This document shows positions 9,781 to 19,635 of a stretch of 64,000 nt of DNA, piece after piece. Numbering within the stretch: position 1 is the first letter of the stretch; each line of letters opens with the position of its first letter. Both the position numbers and the translations under genes were made by a program. The stretch spans positions 26,796-90,795 of the forward strand of contig JAXGPF010000015.1 of NCBI GenBank assembly GCA_040767085.1. Reading direction: 5' to 3'. This DNA is from Kiritimatiellia bacterium (GTDB lineage: Bacteria; Verrucomicrobiota; Kiritimatiellia; JAAZAB01). The notes beneath the pieces are model-generated. The model was given only the letters and a program-made list of their open reading frames with translations, ran no database searches and was not told where the DNA came from.

Positions 9781-10705
9781 GGCCGGCGCCTTCCCGCACG
9801 GTGTAAAAACGGCGCCCATCGCATTCGCGCACCGTCAACCGTCCATCCTGGAGCAGTTGTTCCAGGACGCGCGCGGCATCCGCCGGCGCCAGGCTCAAGC
9901 CGGCAGCGACATCGTCCGCCGTGCCGGGATGTCGCTGCAGCATGGCCAGCATATCATCCGCGTTGGCGGCGCGCAGCAGCGTTGTTGCCCGCGGGTGATA
10001 CTCGGCAATGACTTCAGCCGGCGGATGGAAACTGCGGGCAATCTCCGTCAATTCTTCCAGCGGCACCGGCAGCAGGCCGGCCTCCGCCGGCGGACGCGCC
10101 ACGGTGTTGAGCTGCACGCGGTCCGGCGCGATGCGTTCCGCCCAGGCCCGCAAGGCCGCCAGGCTCTCCAGACTGTCATTCAGGTTTTTCACCAGGAAGA
10201 TTTCCAGCCAATACCGGCCGCGAAATTCACGCCGGAAATCCGCCAGGCCTCGGGCCATAACCTCAAAATCAATGCCGGAGCACGGGCGGTTGATGCGGCG
10301 GAACGTTTCCGCGTCGCCAGCGTCGAGTGAAGGCGCCACCAGGTCCGCCGCCAGCAATTCGCCGCGGACGTCCGGCCGCCAGAGCAAAGACCCATTGGTG
10401 ATGACCGCCACCGGGATTTCCGTCAGGCGCTTGATGCCGGCGATCAACTCGCCCAGGCCCGCATACAGCGTCGGTTCTCCGGAACCGCCCAGGGTGATGT
10501 AATCCGGCGCGCAGGCCAGGCGGGCCGCCAACTCGCGCAGAATCGCGGCCGGTGCCTGCCAGGGGCGGCGGACGAGCGTGTGATTGGTCGTGCAGCCGAG
10601 TTGGCAGTAAACGCAATCGTAGCTGCACGCCTTGAAAGGCGCCAGATCGATCCCCAGCGAGCGTCCAAGACGCCGGGAAGGCACCGGACCGAAAACGCAA
10701 CTCAT
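9773..10705 (-). CDS. Radical SAM protein (TYW1-like uncharacterised family)
   Basis: FGPVPSRRLGRSLGIDL, CSYDCVYC, GSGEPTL, ITNGSLL; HTH-like C-terminus. Confidence 0.88.
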   Translation of the reverse strand: MSCVFGPVPSRRLGRSLGIDLAPFKACSYDCVYCQLGCTTNHTLVRRPWQAPAAILRELAARLACAPDYITLGGSGEPTLYAGLGELIAGIKRLTEIPVAVITNGSLLWRPDVRGELLAADLVAPSLDAGDAETFRRINRPCSGIDFEVMARGLADFRREFRGRYWLEIFLVKNLNDSLESLAALRAWAERIAPDRVQLNTVARPPAEAGLLPVPLEELTEIARSFHPPAEVIAEYHPRATTLLRAANADDMLAMLQRHPGTADDVAAGLSLAPADAARVLEQLLQDGRLTVRECDGRRFYTVREGAGHA

Positions 10706-10723
10706 GCCGCTCTCCTTGTTTCC

Positions 10724-11899
10724 CTACATGCTGACAACTTCGCCCATTTTGAAGATCGGCAGGAACATGGAAATGACAATGCCGCCGATCACCACCCCCA
10801 GGAACACCATCAGCAGGGGCTCGATCATGGCGGTCAGGCTGTCCAGCATGGCCTCCACCTCGTCATCGTAGAAATCGGCGATATTCTGCATCATTTCGTC
10901 AATCTTACCGGTTTTCTCGCCGGCGGCCATCATGTGCACCAGCAGCTTGGGGAAACAGGGATGCTTGATCAAGGCCGAGGACAGGGGATCGCCCTGCTCC
11001 ACCGTGTACCGCGCCTGCAGCACCACTTTTTCAAACACCTTGTTGCCCGTGGCCCCGGACACAATCTCCAGGGCGCTCAGGATCGGCACACCGCTGCGGA
11101 GCAGTTGGGCGAAAGTGCGGGCAAACCGGCTGGTGGCGACCTTGCGGTTCAATTCGCCGATCACGGGGAAGCGCAGGGCAAACGCGGAAAGCTGGTAGGC
11201 GCCTGCGGGCGTTTTCATCCACTTGCGCAAGGCGAAGACGCCGGCCCCCAGCGCCAGCACAAGGAAGATGCCGTAGCGGCGCATGAGCCCGCTTAAATCC
11301 ACCATCACCTGGGTCAACCCCGGCAATTCCGCGCCGAATTCAGCGAACATTTCCGCGAACACGGGCACGATGAATAAAATCATGGCGGTGGCAATGCCCA
11401 GTGCGATGCAGAGAACAATCACCGGATAACTCATGGCGGATTTTACCTTGCGCGCCAGCTTGGCGGAAGCTTCCAGGAAAGTCGCCAGGCGGGCGGCGGT
11501 TTCGCCCAATTGCCCGCCCGATTCGCCGGCCCGGATCATATTGACATACAACTGATCGAAAACACTCGGGTAATTCGCCAGCGATTCCGCAAAGGACGAA
11601 CCGGCCTGGAGGTGGTTTTTCAACCCCAAGATCACCATTTTCATGTTCTTGTCGCTGGTCTGGTCTTCCAGCGCGTCCAGCGACTGGATCAGCGGCATCC
11701 CCGCCAGCAGCATGGCGGAGAGCTGGCGCGAAAAAGCCGGCAATTCCTTGTTGCGGATTTTTTTGGCGCCCGCCACCCGGCCGGCGCCACGGTGACTCCT
11801 CCGCGCCCGGCTGGCCGCTTCGCCGGCCGGACGGCCGGCGCCGCGCGCGCCGGCCGCGCCGTCGCGGGATTTCCTGAAGTCATTTCTCACTACAGCCAT
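10724..11899 (-). CDS. pilC: Type IV pilus/T2SS inner-membrane platform protein (PilC/GspF)
   Basis: FSRQLSAML, RAGESGGQL, SAMSYP, GEKTG, IEPLLMVFLG, MFLPIF. Confidence 0.92.
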   Translation of the reverse strand: MAVVRNDFRKSRDGAAGARGAGRPAGEAASRARRSHRGAGRVAGAKKIRNKELPAFSRQLSAMLLAGMPLIQSLDALEDQTSDKNMKMVILGLKNHLQAGSSFAESLANYPSVFDQLYVNMIRAGESGGQLGETAARLATFLEASAKLARKVKSAMSYPVIVLCIALGIATAMILFIVPVFAEMFAEFGAELPGLTQVMVDLSGLMRRYGIFLVLALGAGVFALRKWMKTPAGAYQLSAFALRFPVIGELNRKVATSRFARTFAQLLRSGVPILSALEIVSGATGNKVFEKVVLQARYTVEQGDPLSSALIKHPCFPKLLVHMMAAGEKTGKIDEMMQNIADFYDDEVEAMLDSLTAMIEPLLMVFLGVVIGGIVISMFLPIFKMGEVVSM

Positions 11900-11940
11900 G
11901 ATGATCAATCTTTCTCAAGCGCTGCCGCGGCAGCGCAGGT

Positions 11941-13659
11941 TCATTCGCCGCCGCCGGTTACGCTCAGGATTTCCTCCAGGCTGGAGATCCCTTGCTTGAC
12001 TTTTTCCAGGCCGATCATCCGCAGGGTCAGCATGCCGTTCGCCACAGCCTGCTCGGTCAGGGCCCCGGCGTTGGCGTTCGCCAGAATCAACTGGCGGATG
12101 GCATCGTCCACAATCAGCACTTCCATCAGCGAACTGCGGCCCTTGAAACCGGTGTTGGCGCACTTGGGACAGCCATGCGCAGCAAAAATCTGCGCCCCTT
12201 CCAGCAAGGCGGGATCCAGGTTGTTGATCCGGAGATAATCCGGCGAAATTTCCGCCGGCTTCTTGCAGGCCACGCATAACTTTTTAAACAGGCGCTGGGC
12301 TTGCGCCATGATCACGGAGGATGCCAGCAAGAACGCCTCCAGCCCCATGTCGCGCATGCGCGTGATCGCGCCGGCGGCGTCGTTGGTGTGGAGCGTGCTC
12401 AATACCAGGTGGCCGGTCAAGGCCGCCTTGACGGCAATGGCGGCGGTTTCCTGGTCGCGGATTTCCCCCACCATGACAATGTCGGGGTCTTGGCGCAGAA
12501 TGGCGCGCAAGGCATTGGCGAAAGTCAAGCCGACATCATCGTTGATCTGCACCTGGTTGATGCCGGACAACTGGTATTCCACCGGATCCTCGGTGGTGAC
12601 GATGTTGACATTCGGCTTGTTCAGATCCTGCAGGCAGGAATACAAGGTGGTGGTCTTGCCGCTGCCGGTGGGGCCGGTAACCAGAATGATGCCATGCGGT
12701 TGGTTGATGGCGAACACCAGGGCTTCGTAGGCTTTCTGGTCCAACCCCAGGGCGGAGAGCGTGGGCGCCAGGTTGCTGCGGTCGAGGATACGCATGACAA
12801 TTTTTTCGCCATGCACCATCGGCAGAACGTTCACGCGTAAATCCACTTCCTTGCCCAGGGCCCGGATTTTAAAGCGTCCATCCTGGGGGATGCGCCGCTC
12901 GGCGATGTTCATGTCCGACATGATCTTGATGCGGGAAGTAATGGCCGACTGCAGGTTTTTAGGGGGGCTCGGCACCTCGTACAATTCGCCGTCCACCCGG
13001 TAACGCAGGCGCAGCGCGCGCTCCATCGGCTCGATGTGGATATCGCTGGCGCGCCGCCTCAAGGCTTCCACCAGGATTGAATTGACGATGCGGATCACCG
13101 GCGCGCCCTCGGCGCTTTCCAGCATTTCGTCGATGCTGACATCCTCTTTCTTTTCATGCCCGACTTCAACATCATCGTCGTCCACCATGTTTTTGATAAT
13201 GTCTTCCAGGTTGGGCGACGTCTGTTCCAGAAACTTTTGCAGCAGGTCCTTGACTTCTTTTTCCGCCGCCGCCAGCGGCACGACGGTCAGATCGGTGATG
13301 GCCTGTAATTCCTCGATTGATCCCATGTTGAAGGGGTCGCCCAGCGCCACCGTCAGCACGCGCCCGATCTTGGCAACCGGCACGGCCAACAAGCTTTTCA
13401 GGCGTTCGGCAGGGATCAGTCCCAGCAGTTGGCTGTCAGGCGTGAAATGCGCCAGGGTGATTGGACGCAAACCCAGGTATTCGGCGATGGCGAGGGTAAT
13501 ATTGGTATCCGAAACCAGCTGGTTGGCAAAGAGATATTCTTCCAGGCGGCGGCCTTCCGCCTGGGATGCTTCCAGGGCTTTGTTCAAAGTTTCCGCGTCA
13601 ATTGCCTGGCGCCGCAGCAGAATGGTGGCAATTTTATTGCTTAACGATCCGCGATCCAT
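11941..13659 (-). CDS. pilB: Type IV pilus/T2SS assembly ATPase (PilB/GspE)
   Basis: ASDIHIEP, PQDGRF, GPTGSGKTTTLY, EDPVE, LRQDPD, TGHLVLSTLH, Cys zinc motif. Confidence 0.94.
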   Translation of the reverse strand: MDRGSLSNKIATILLRRQAIDAETLNKALEASQAEGRRLEEYLFANQLVSDTNITLAIAEYLGLRPITLAHFTPDSQLLGLIPAERLKSLLAVPVAKIGRVLTVALGDPFNMGSIEELQAITDLTVVPLAAAEKEVKDLLQKFLEQTSPNLEDIIKNMVDDDDVEVGHEKKEDVSIDEMLESAEGAPVIRIVNSILVEALRRRASDIHIEPMERALRLRYRVDGELYEVPSPPKNLQSAITSRIKIMSDMNIAERRIPQDGRFKIRALGKEVDLRVNVLPMVHGEKIVMRILDRSNLAPTLSALGLDQKAYEALVFAINQPHGIILVTGPTGSGKTTTLYSCLQDLNKPNVNIVTTEDPVEYQLSGINQVQINDDVGLTFANALRAILRQDPDIVMVGEIRDQETAAIAVKAALTGHLVLSTLHTNDAAGAITRMRDMGLEAFLLASSVIMAQAQRLFKKLCVACKKPAEISPDYLRINNLDPALLEGAQIFAAHGCPKCANTGFKGRSSLMEVLIVDDAIRQLILANANAGALTEQAVANGMLTLRMIGLEKVKQGISSLEEILSVTGGGE

Positions 13660-13765
13660 TTAAAATTCCTCCGCGGCATGGCCCGGCCGGCATGCCTGGC
13701 TACTGCAAATATGGCATAACACCGGCAAATTGGCCAGCAAAAAACCAGGCTGTTCGCCCGACATT

Positions 13766-14028
13766 GCAGGGCTGCGTCATTCTCAGAACAGACGGCTCGG
13801 TACGGCTTGCCCTGCATAGCGCAGCACGCAGGGAGAACTCACCCTGCCTGGGAAATCTGCTGGAGGTAGGGCGACGTCTCCGACGGAGCCGTCCGGCAAA
13901 GCCGGACTCGGAGAGCTCGCCCCACCTGGGAAATCTGCTGAAGGGCGAGACCCCGCTCAAAGCGGGGTAAACCTCCGGCTTGTCCCGCCTGGCGCGGGAG
14001 CGAGCCGCCGAAAATGACCCAGCCGTGC
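13766..14028 (+). mobile_element. MITE-like element, copy 2
   Basis: TIRs GCAGGGCTGCGTCATTCTC / GAAAATGACCCAGCCGTGC; flanking direct repeat CCGACATT / CCGGCATT; near-identical to the inverted copy 3. Confidence 0.85.
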
Positions 14029-14036
14029 CCGGCATT

Positions 14037-16679
14037 TTAGGGCACAACGGAAATCATGCCGGCCAACAGCCCCAGGTCGTCCGGGAAGCCGGCGGCGCCC
14101 GAATCCCAGGCCGGCTGAACCTGCATTTCCACCCAGACCCATTCGGGCTCATCCAGCCGGCGGTGAAAAGGGGCCGCCACCCACTGCCATTCCATCGCCG
14201 GCAGCCGGCCGGACCACAGGCAGTCTCCTGCCGCCGTCAGCGTCAAATGCGTGCCGCACGGCGGAGCGCGCGCCAGGAGCAGCAAGCGGCCGGTTGGCGC
14301 CGGCGGCCGCGGCAGCAGGATGGCAGCTCCCGCGCGCGTCCACCGGGCGTCCAGGGGAGGCATATCCCGCTCTGCCAGCGCTTCCGGCGGCGCCGCCGCG
14401 AGTAAATCCAGCGTCAGACGCTGGCCGCTCCACAAGTTGCATCCCGCAACTGCGTCAAGCCCATCCCCACCGGCGGGGGCCTGGCTCACCGGCAGGCGCA
14501 GGACGCGCCAATCCCGATCGAGTAGCTGGCTTATCCCCCGGGCGGAACGCGCCGGATTTACGCCGTCCATAGTCAGTATAAGCAGTTCCTCCGCGGGCGC
14601 GGCCGCCGGCCAGGCCGCGCGAAGAGCGTTCCACCCGGCGCAGCGGATGCGCCATGCGCCGTGCCGCAGGTTAGCAAACCGGCGCAACCCCATGTTGCCG
14701 GCATCGAGCTGCGCGCGGTAAGGTTCGGCCCAATCGCGGCAGCCGGCCGGCGCCTTGTCAGCCAGACGCATGCGATACATGCCCAGGGTCATGGCATTGC
14801 GGCGCACCTCCACCGGCAGGCGGCGGCCAGCCTGCCGCAGCCTCCGGTATTCCCATGTGCCTTGCAGCACGGGCGTGAAAACAAAGCCGGCGCTGACCGG
14901 CGCGTGGAAGGGCGTGATAAAATAAACCGGCACCGCGGGAAATTCGCGCATCAAGCGTTCCAATTCCGCCTCAATCCGCTCATAATTCGCGCGCCGTTCA
15001 TTGTCGATTCCCAACACCGGCAGGTTGAAGTAGTGGTCAAACGGAGCTGCCAGCCGCGAATATTCCACCACCAATGCGCCCTCCGATGCGCGCACCAACT
15101 GCGCAAAGGGCCGTAAAAAGCTTGCGAAGCCGCGGTATTCCGTCAGCTTCAAAAGGTGCATGCGCCCCCGCAGGCCCGCGCCGGCCAGCAGCGCCGCCAG
15201 GACCAGCACGCCCGCCGGCATCAGGCGGCGGCGGACCGCCGGCATGACCGGCAGCAGCCGGACGGCCAGGGCGCCGGCGGCGCCCGCCAGGGCGCTTAAG
15301 CACAAGGCCAGCATGGGAACCGCCGTCACCGCCAGGTAGCGAGTCATCATGAAATCGTTGATGCGGCCGGCAAACAGAATGCCGGGTAAAACCGCTGCCG
15401 CCACCGCCAGTCGCGCCAAGGACTGGCGGGCGGTCATCCCGCGAAGTCGTCCGGCAGGCGGCCAGACGCACCAAACCAGCCAGCCGGCCAGGCCGGCGCA
15501 GGCCGTCGGGCCCGAAACCATGTTGGCCAGCGCCTGGAAGTCGGTCATGTACAAAAAATGCTCCAGGGGCCTGCCCAGCAGCGGCAAACTGCCCGAGGCA
15601 TCACGCCGGAAATAATAAAAAAACGGCAGCAACACGCCGGCCGCTCCGATCAGCCAGGCGGCGGCACGCAACCAGGAAGCCGCGGATGGCGCAGTCCACA
15701 GGCGTTGCGCCGCCCGTCCGGCGGCCAACAAACCGACCGCCGCGGCCGCGCCGGCCAACCAGCCCCGCGGATCGCCCAACATCCGCCACATCAGATGCCC
15801 CAGCCCGTAATAATCGGTGATCCGCCGCGCCTGGTAATCCAACGCAAGAAGCGCCACCGCTGCCACCAGCAGCACGGGCAGCCAGTCCCGGCGCCCTGCC
15901 CCAACCCCGGCGACGATCAGCGCTATTGCCGGAGCGAGGGCATACCAGGCGGTGATGTGAAAAAACGGCGCCAGCATGAGGCAGGCGGCGCCCAGCCAGA
16001 CATCCGGGCCGGGCCGGCGCCGGGCGCGCGGCGCCGGCCCGGCCAACAGGGCCAATCCGGCAAACAACATGCCGGCGGCGATGATTTCCGGGCGCGGCGC
16101 GCGTCCATGCCAGACCGTCAACGGGTTCAACAAAAACAGCCAGAAAGCCGCGAGGCCGCACCAGCGCCATGGCAGGAGGCCGCCGGCCAGTGCGCTCAGG
16201 GCCAGCGCTCCCAGCAGGGCGAAGATGGGCACGACATAGAGTGCCGCATCGGGCGTGCCCGCCAGGCGCGTTGCAACGGCCACCAGCAGGGAATAAGCCG
16301 GCTGGAAATGCGGACCGATCAGCGCCAGGTGTTCATTGCATACCCAAAGGCAGGCATCCTTGGTGGGGCCGTAACCGGAATGGCCGAAGTAAAACTCCGG
16401 CCGCAACTCCGGCTGCACCAGCGACAGGAGATCGTCCACGTAAAAAAAACGGCCCTGCCGGCCATAAGTCACGCCGGCATTCAAGTAGGCGCCGGGATCC
16501 TCACCGCCGAAAATATCCTCATGCGGCCGGAACATCAGGACCGCGGCCAGGGCCAGCATGGCCGTCCATAACCAAACACCGGCGCGGCCACCCAGGGCCG
16601 GCGGCAGGCGGCGCGCCACCCGCCAGGCAGCGCAGCCGGCCATCAACCATAAAAAACCGCCCATTAAAAACACCTGCAT
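14037..16679 (-). CDS. Large GT-C-fold membrane glycosyltransferase-like protein
   Basis: EDPGAY motif in the first periplasmic loop, about 12 TM segments, soluble C-terminal domain. Confidence 0.65.
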   Translation of the reverse strand: MQVFLMGGFLWLMAGCAAWRVARRLPPALGGRAGVWLWTAMLALAAVLMFRPHEDIFGGEDPGAYLNAGVTYGRQGRFFYVDDLLSLVQPELRPEFYFGHSGYGPTKDACLWVCNEHLALIGPHFQPAYSLLVAVATRLAGTPDAALYVVPIFALLGALALSALAGGLLPWRWCGLAAFWLFLLNPLTVWHGRAPRPEIIAAGMLFAGLALLAGPAPRARRRPGPDVWLGAACLMLAPFFHITAWYALAPAIALIVAGVGAGRRDWLPVLLVAAVALLALDYQARRITDYYGLGHLMWRMLGDPRGWLAGAAAAVGLLAAGRAAQRLWTAPSAASWLRAAAWLIGAAGVLLPFFYYFRRDASGSLPLLGRPLEHFLYMTDFQALANMVSGPTACAGLAGWLVWCVWPPAGRLRGMTARQSLARLAVAAAVLPGILFAGRINDFMMTRYLAVTAVPMLALCLSALAGAAGALAVRLLPVMPAVRRRLMPAGVLVLAALLAGAGLRGRMHLLKLTEYRGFASFLRPFAQLVRASEGALVVEYSRLAAPFDHYFNLPVLGIDNERRANYERIEAELERLMREFPAVPVYFITPFHAPVSAGFVFTPVLQGTWEYRRLRQAGRRLPVEVRRNAMTLGMYRMRLADKAPAGCRDWAEPYRAQLDAGNMGLRRFANLRHGAWRIRCAGWNALRAAWPAAAPAEELLILTMDGVNPARSARGISQLLDRDWRVLRLPVSQAPAGGDGLDAVAGCNLWSGQRLTLDLLAAAPPEALAERDMPPLDARWTRAGAAILLPRPPAPTGRLLLLARAPPCGTHLTLTAAGDCLWSGRLPAMEWQWVAAPFHRRLDEPEWVWVEMQVQPAWDSGAAGFPDDLGLLAGMISVVP

Positions 16680-16758
16680 GCAGCCCCCCGGGCATTTGAC
16701 TTGCGGACCATTCTAGCCTCTGTTACACTGCCGGCGCAACCAAAAACCTGTCCCCACC

Positions 16759-17580
16759 ATGAAGACACCCTCCACAGCCAGCCTCCCGCCCGCCGGCGCG
16801 GCCGGCCAGGCCGCGCCCTGGTGGAAAACCTTGGGGCAGATGGCCTGGCACGACCTGCATGCGCGTTATGCCGGCGCCGCGCTGGGCTTGATCTGGAGCG
16901 TCGTCCAGCCGCTGGTGATGGCGCTGATTCTCTGGGTGGTGATCGGATACGGCATGCGGACCAGCCGCATCGGCGGCCTGCCCGGCCTGGCATGGATTTT
17001 ACCCGGCATGGCCGCCTGGAGTTTTTTCGCGGAAGCTCTGAATGCCGGCACGCTGGTACTGCAGGAATATGCATTTCTGGTGAAAAAAGTGCGCTTCCCG
17101 ATCATCCTGCTGCCGCCGGTTAAGATTCTATCGGCCCTGGCAGTCCACCTGGTTTTCCTGGGATTAACCGCGGTTGTGCTGGCGATGCAGGGAGTCCGGC
17201 CGGGCTGGCAGATGCTTTGGCTCCCGTATTACACGGCCGGACTGCTGTCGCTGCTGGCCGGCCTGGCCTGGATCACCGCATCGCTGCATGCGCTGGCGCG
17301 GGATGTCGGGCATGCGGTCAACATCTTCCTGCAATTCGGCTTCTGGCTGACGCCGGTTTTCTGGAGTCCGGAGATGCTCCCGGAGGGCGCCCTGCGGCAA
17401 CTGGCCTGCCTCAACCCCATGTATTACATTGTGGACGGCTACCGCCGCTGCCTGGCGCTCTCCGCCATGCCGGAACTGGGCATGCCGGCGGCCGTCTTCT
17501 GGCTGGAAGCAGGCATCATCGCCTGGGCCGGCGCCCTGATGTTCCGCCGGCTCCGCGGCCATTTTGCCGATATACTGTGA
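16759..17580 (+). CDS. ABC-2 polysaccharide export permease (Wzm-like)
   Basis: RYAGAALGLIWSVVQPL, LVKKVRFP, FWLTPVFW, LNPMYYIVDGYR. Confidence 0.88.
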   Translation: MKTPSTASLPPAGAAGQAAPWWKTLGQMAWHDLHARYAGAALGLIWSVVQPLVMALILWVVIGYGMRTSRIGGLPGLAWILPGMAAWSFFAEALNAGTLVLQEYAFLVKKVRFPIILLPPVKILSALAVHLVFLGLTAVVLAMQGVRPGWQMLWLPYYTAGLLSLLAGLAWITASLHALARDVGHAVNIFLQFGFWLTPVFWSPEMLPEGALRQLACLNPMYYIVDGYRRCLALSAMPELGMPAAVFWLEAGIIAWAGALMFRRLRGHFADIL

Positions 17581-17714
17581 CCGCAAAAAGAGCTTGCGGC
17601 GCGGCGGACGATCGGATATAAATACGAGTTTGTTTCATCCATGCGGTAAATCAATAACCGGCCGGCCATTCGGGACGGCCGGCGCCGCCGCGCCAAAAAA
17701 AGGAGTCTGAAGTA

Positions 17715-18332
17715 ATGGGTATTTTAACGCGCTGGTTTGGGGGCGCCGCCGCCCAGCCGGATTTCAAATTTTCGCCGGAATCCCGGATGTATATTTTCGA
17801 TGCCAGCAAACTGGCCGAGGCTGGAGCGAAAAACGCAGGCGGGGCCACCCCGCGGGATAATTTCGAAACCTTGAAACTCCTGACGCAGTTTGCCGCGCAG
17901 GAAGGCTTGCGCCTGACGGCAGTGCTGACTGGACGCCCCCTGCGCGAGGCCGCGGAAGGCGACAGCTACAAAAACGTCACGGTGCATTACGCGGAAAACA
18001 CCTCCGCCTGCCGTAAGACCATCCTGCAATTGCTGCAAGGCCAGGGCAGCGGGAAAGCCGTGGTCGTGACGGCCGACGCCGAGCTGGAGCGGATGGCCGC
18101 CGCCCAGGGCGCCGAGTGCATGCGTATCGGCACTTTTAAAAAGGCGCTGGAAAACCGCGAATCCCGCGACAACCGCCGGCCGGCCCGGCCGCCGCGCCGC
18201 AATTCCGCCAATACCAACGGCAATGGCGAAAAGCAACCGCCGGACGCCGCGACGCCGGATGGGCCGCCCTCGCCGGCGCCCGCTTCGGATGCCCCGAAGA
18301 AGGAAATCCTCGACCTGATCGATCCGATTTGA
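17715..18332 (+). CDS. NYN/PIN (YacP-like) domain protein
   Basis: YIFDAS ... VVVTADAELERMAAAQGA pattern; low-complexity tail. Confidence 0.5.
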   Translation: MGILTRWFGGAAAQPDFKFSPESRMYIFDASKLAEAGAKNAGGATPRDNFETLKLLTQFAAQEGLRLTAVLTGRPLREAAEGDSYKNVTVHYAENTSACRKTILQLLQGQGSGKAVVVTADAELERMAAAQGAECMRIGTFKKALENRESRDNRRPARPPRRNSANTNGNGEKQPPDAATPDGPPSPAPASDAPKKEILDLIDPI

Positions 18333-18344
18333 CCGGGCCGGTTT

Positions 18345-19145
18345 TTATTCCGCGGCGGCGGTGGCCGGCGGTGCCGGGAAGCGGCCTTCCAGCGCGTCGC
18401 TGACAATTTCCTTGGTGTCGCAGGGGAAATCGCTTTTCAGCAGCCAGCGCAGGAATTTCTGATTATCCCGCGCCAGGTCGCGCAGTTTCTGCCCCAGGCA
18501 TTGTTTGCCGAAATTGACCACGATTTCGCCATCCACCCAGCGCAACTTGCCGGTTTGATCCGCCCAGTCCGGCTGGCGCAGGCTGCAATAATCGTCCAAG
18601 GCGTCCAAATCAGAAGGCAGATCGGAATATTTTTGCAATTGGGCAGCGAGCACCTTCAACGCCGCCTCGCAATCCGCCCTGGCGCCGTGGGCGCCTACGT
18701 GCGCCTCGTTGCAATAGAACGCCAGGGCGGCGGTCAAATCCCGCGGCTCTTTTTTGTGGAAAATGCGCTGGGCGTCGAGCAGGCGCCGGCCGTCCTCCTG
18801 GAAAGTCATGGCGCACCGGGCGAATTCCTCGCGCAACATCAGGACATCGTACCGCACAATTCCGAAACCCGCCAAGTCGCACCCATCCAGCAATTCCCAG
18901 ATGCGGGGCGCCAGTTCGGCAAAGGACGGCTGGCCGGCTACATCCGCGTCGGTGATGCCATGGATGGCCGTCACCACCGGCGGAATGGGGATGCCTGGAT
19001 TAATCCGGAACACATGATCCTCGCGCCGTCCATCCGGCATCAGTTTCAATATTGCCATCTCCACGACGCGGTCAACGCGCGGATTCAAACCGGTGGTCTC
19101 AAGGTCAAGCACCGCCAGCGGGCGGTCCAGTTTCAAAGGCAGCAT
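18345..19145 (-). CDS. DEDDh 3'-5' exonuclease (DNA Pol III epsilon-like)
   Basis: LDLETTG, IHGITD, YDVLML, AHGARAD, NFGK tail. Confidence 0.9.
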   Translation of the reverse strand: MLPLKLDRPLAVLDLETTGLNPRVDRVVEMAILKLMPDGRREDHVFRINPGIPIPPVVTAIHGITDADVAGQPSFAELAPRIWELLDGCDLAGFGIVRYDVLMLREEFARCAMTFQEDGRRLLDAQRIFHKKEPRDLTAALAFYCNEAHVGAHGARADCEAALKVLAAQLQKYSDLPSDLDALDDYCSLRQPDWADQTGKLRWVDGEIVVNFGKQCLGQKLRDLARDNQKFLRWLLKSDFPCDTKEIVSDALEGRFPAPPATAAAE

Positions 19146-19635
19146 ACTTGTTTCCTCCCTTAACATCTTCGCGGCGCCAGGCGGACATACCTCCATCGGC
19201 CGCGGCACATAGTGGATTAAAAGCGGCAGGCTGGCAAGGCTAAATCCAGCGCCGCCAGAATTGGCTGGATGTAAGCCAAATTTGTTGCGGTAGTGCGGCA
19301 GCAGGGATGCCTAGCGCATTCCGTTTGAAAAGCACGGGGAGCGGAATTCGCAACGTGATGGCTCAATTTCGTGCAGGATGGTCTAACCTGGCCGAAATTT
19401 TCGGAATTTACAGGATTGTATCAATAACGGACTCATAAATCGCGCTGAAATCCGCCGTAAAATTAAAGTTAATTCAAATTGCCAACAAATTTGTCTTACA
19501 CCCTGATTGGCTTGAAAAATCAGTTTTTCATTGCCAAGCGTCTTGCGATGATGGTAAAAACTCTGCCGCTGCATGGATGCAGCGCAAATCATTTTGAGCG
19601 GCGCCCGCGCCGCGGACTGCCGCCAGGAGGAATGC

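Noticed and set aside
13700-13745. sigma54 promoter for pilB
   Set aside because: TGGC and TTGC words are present, but GG-N10-GC spacing is not met
13566-14047. ORFs running through MITE copies (also 22527-22982 and 756-1202)
   Set aside because: Repeated translations only reflect the repeated element; no transposase motifs
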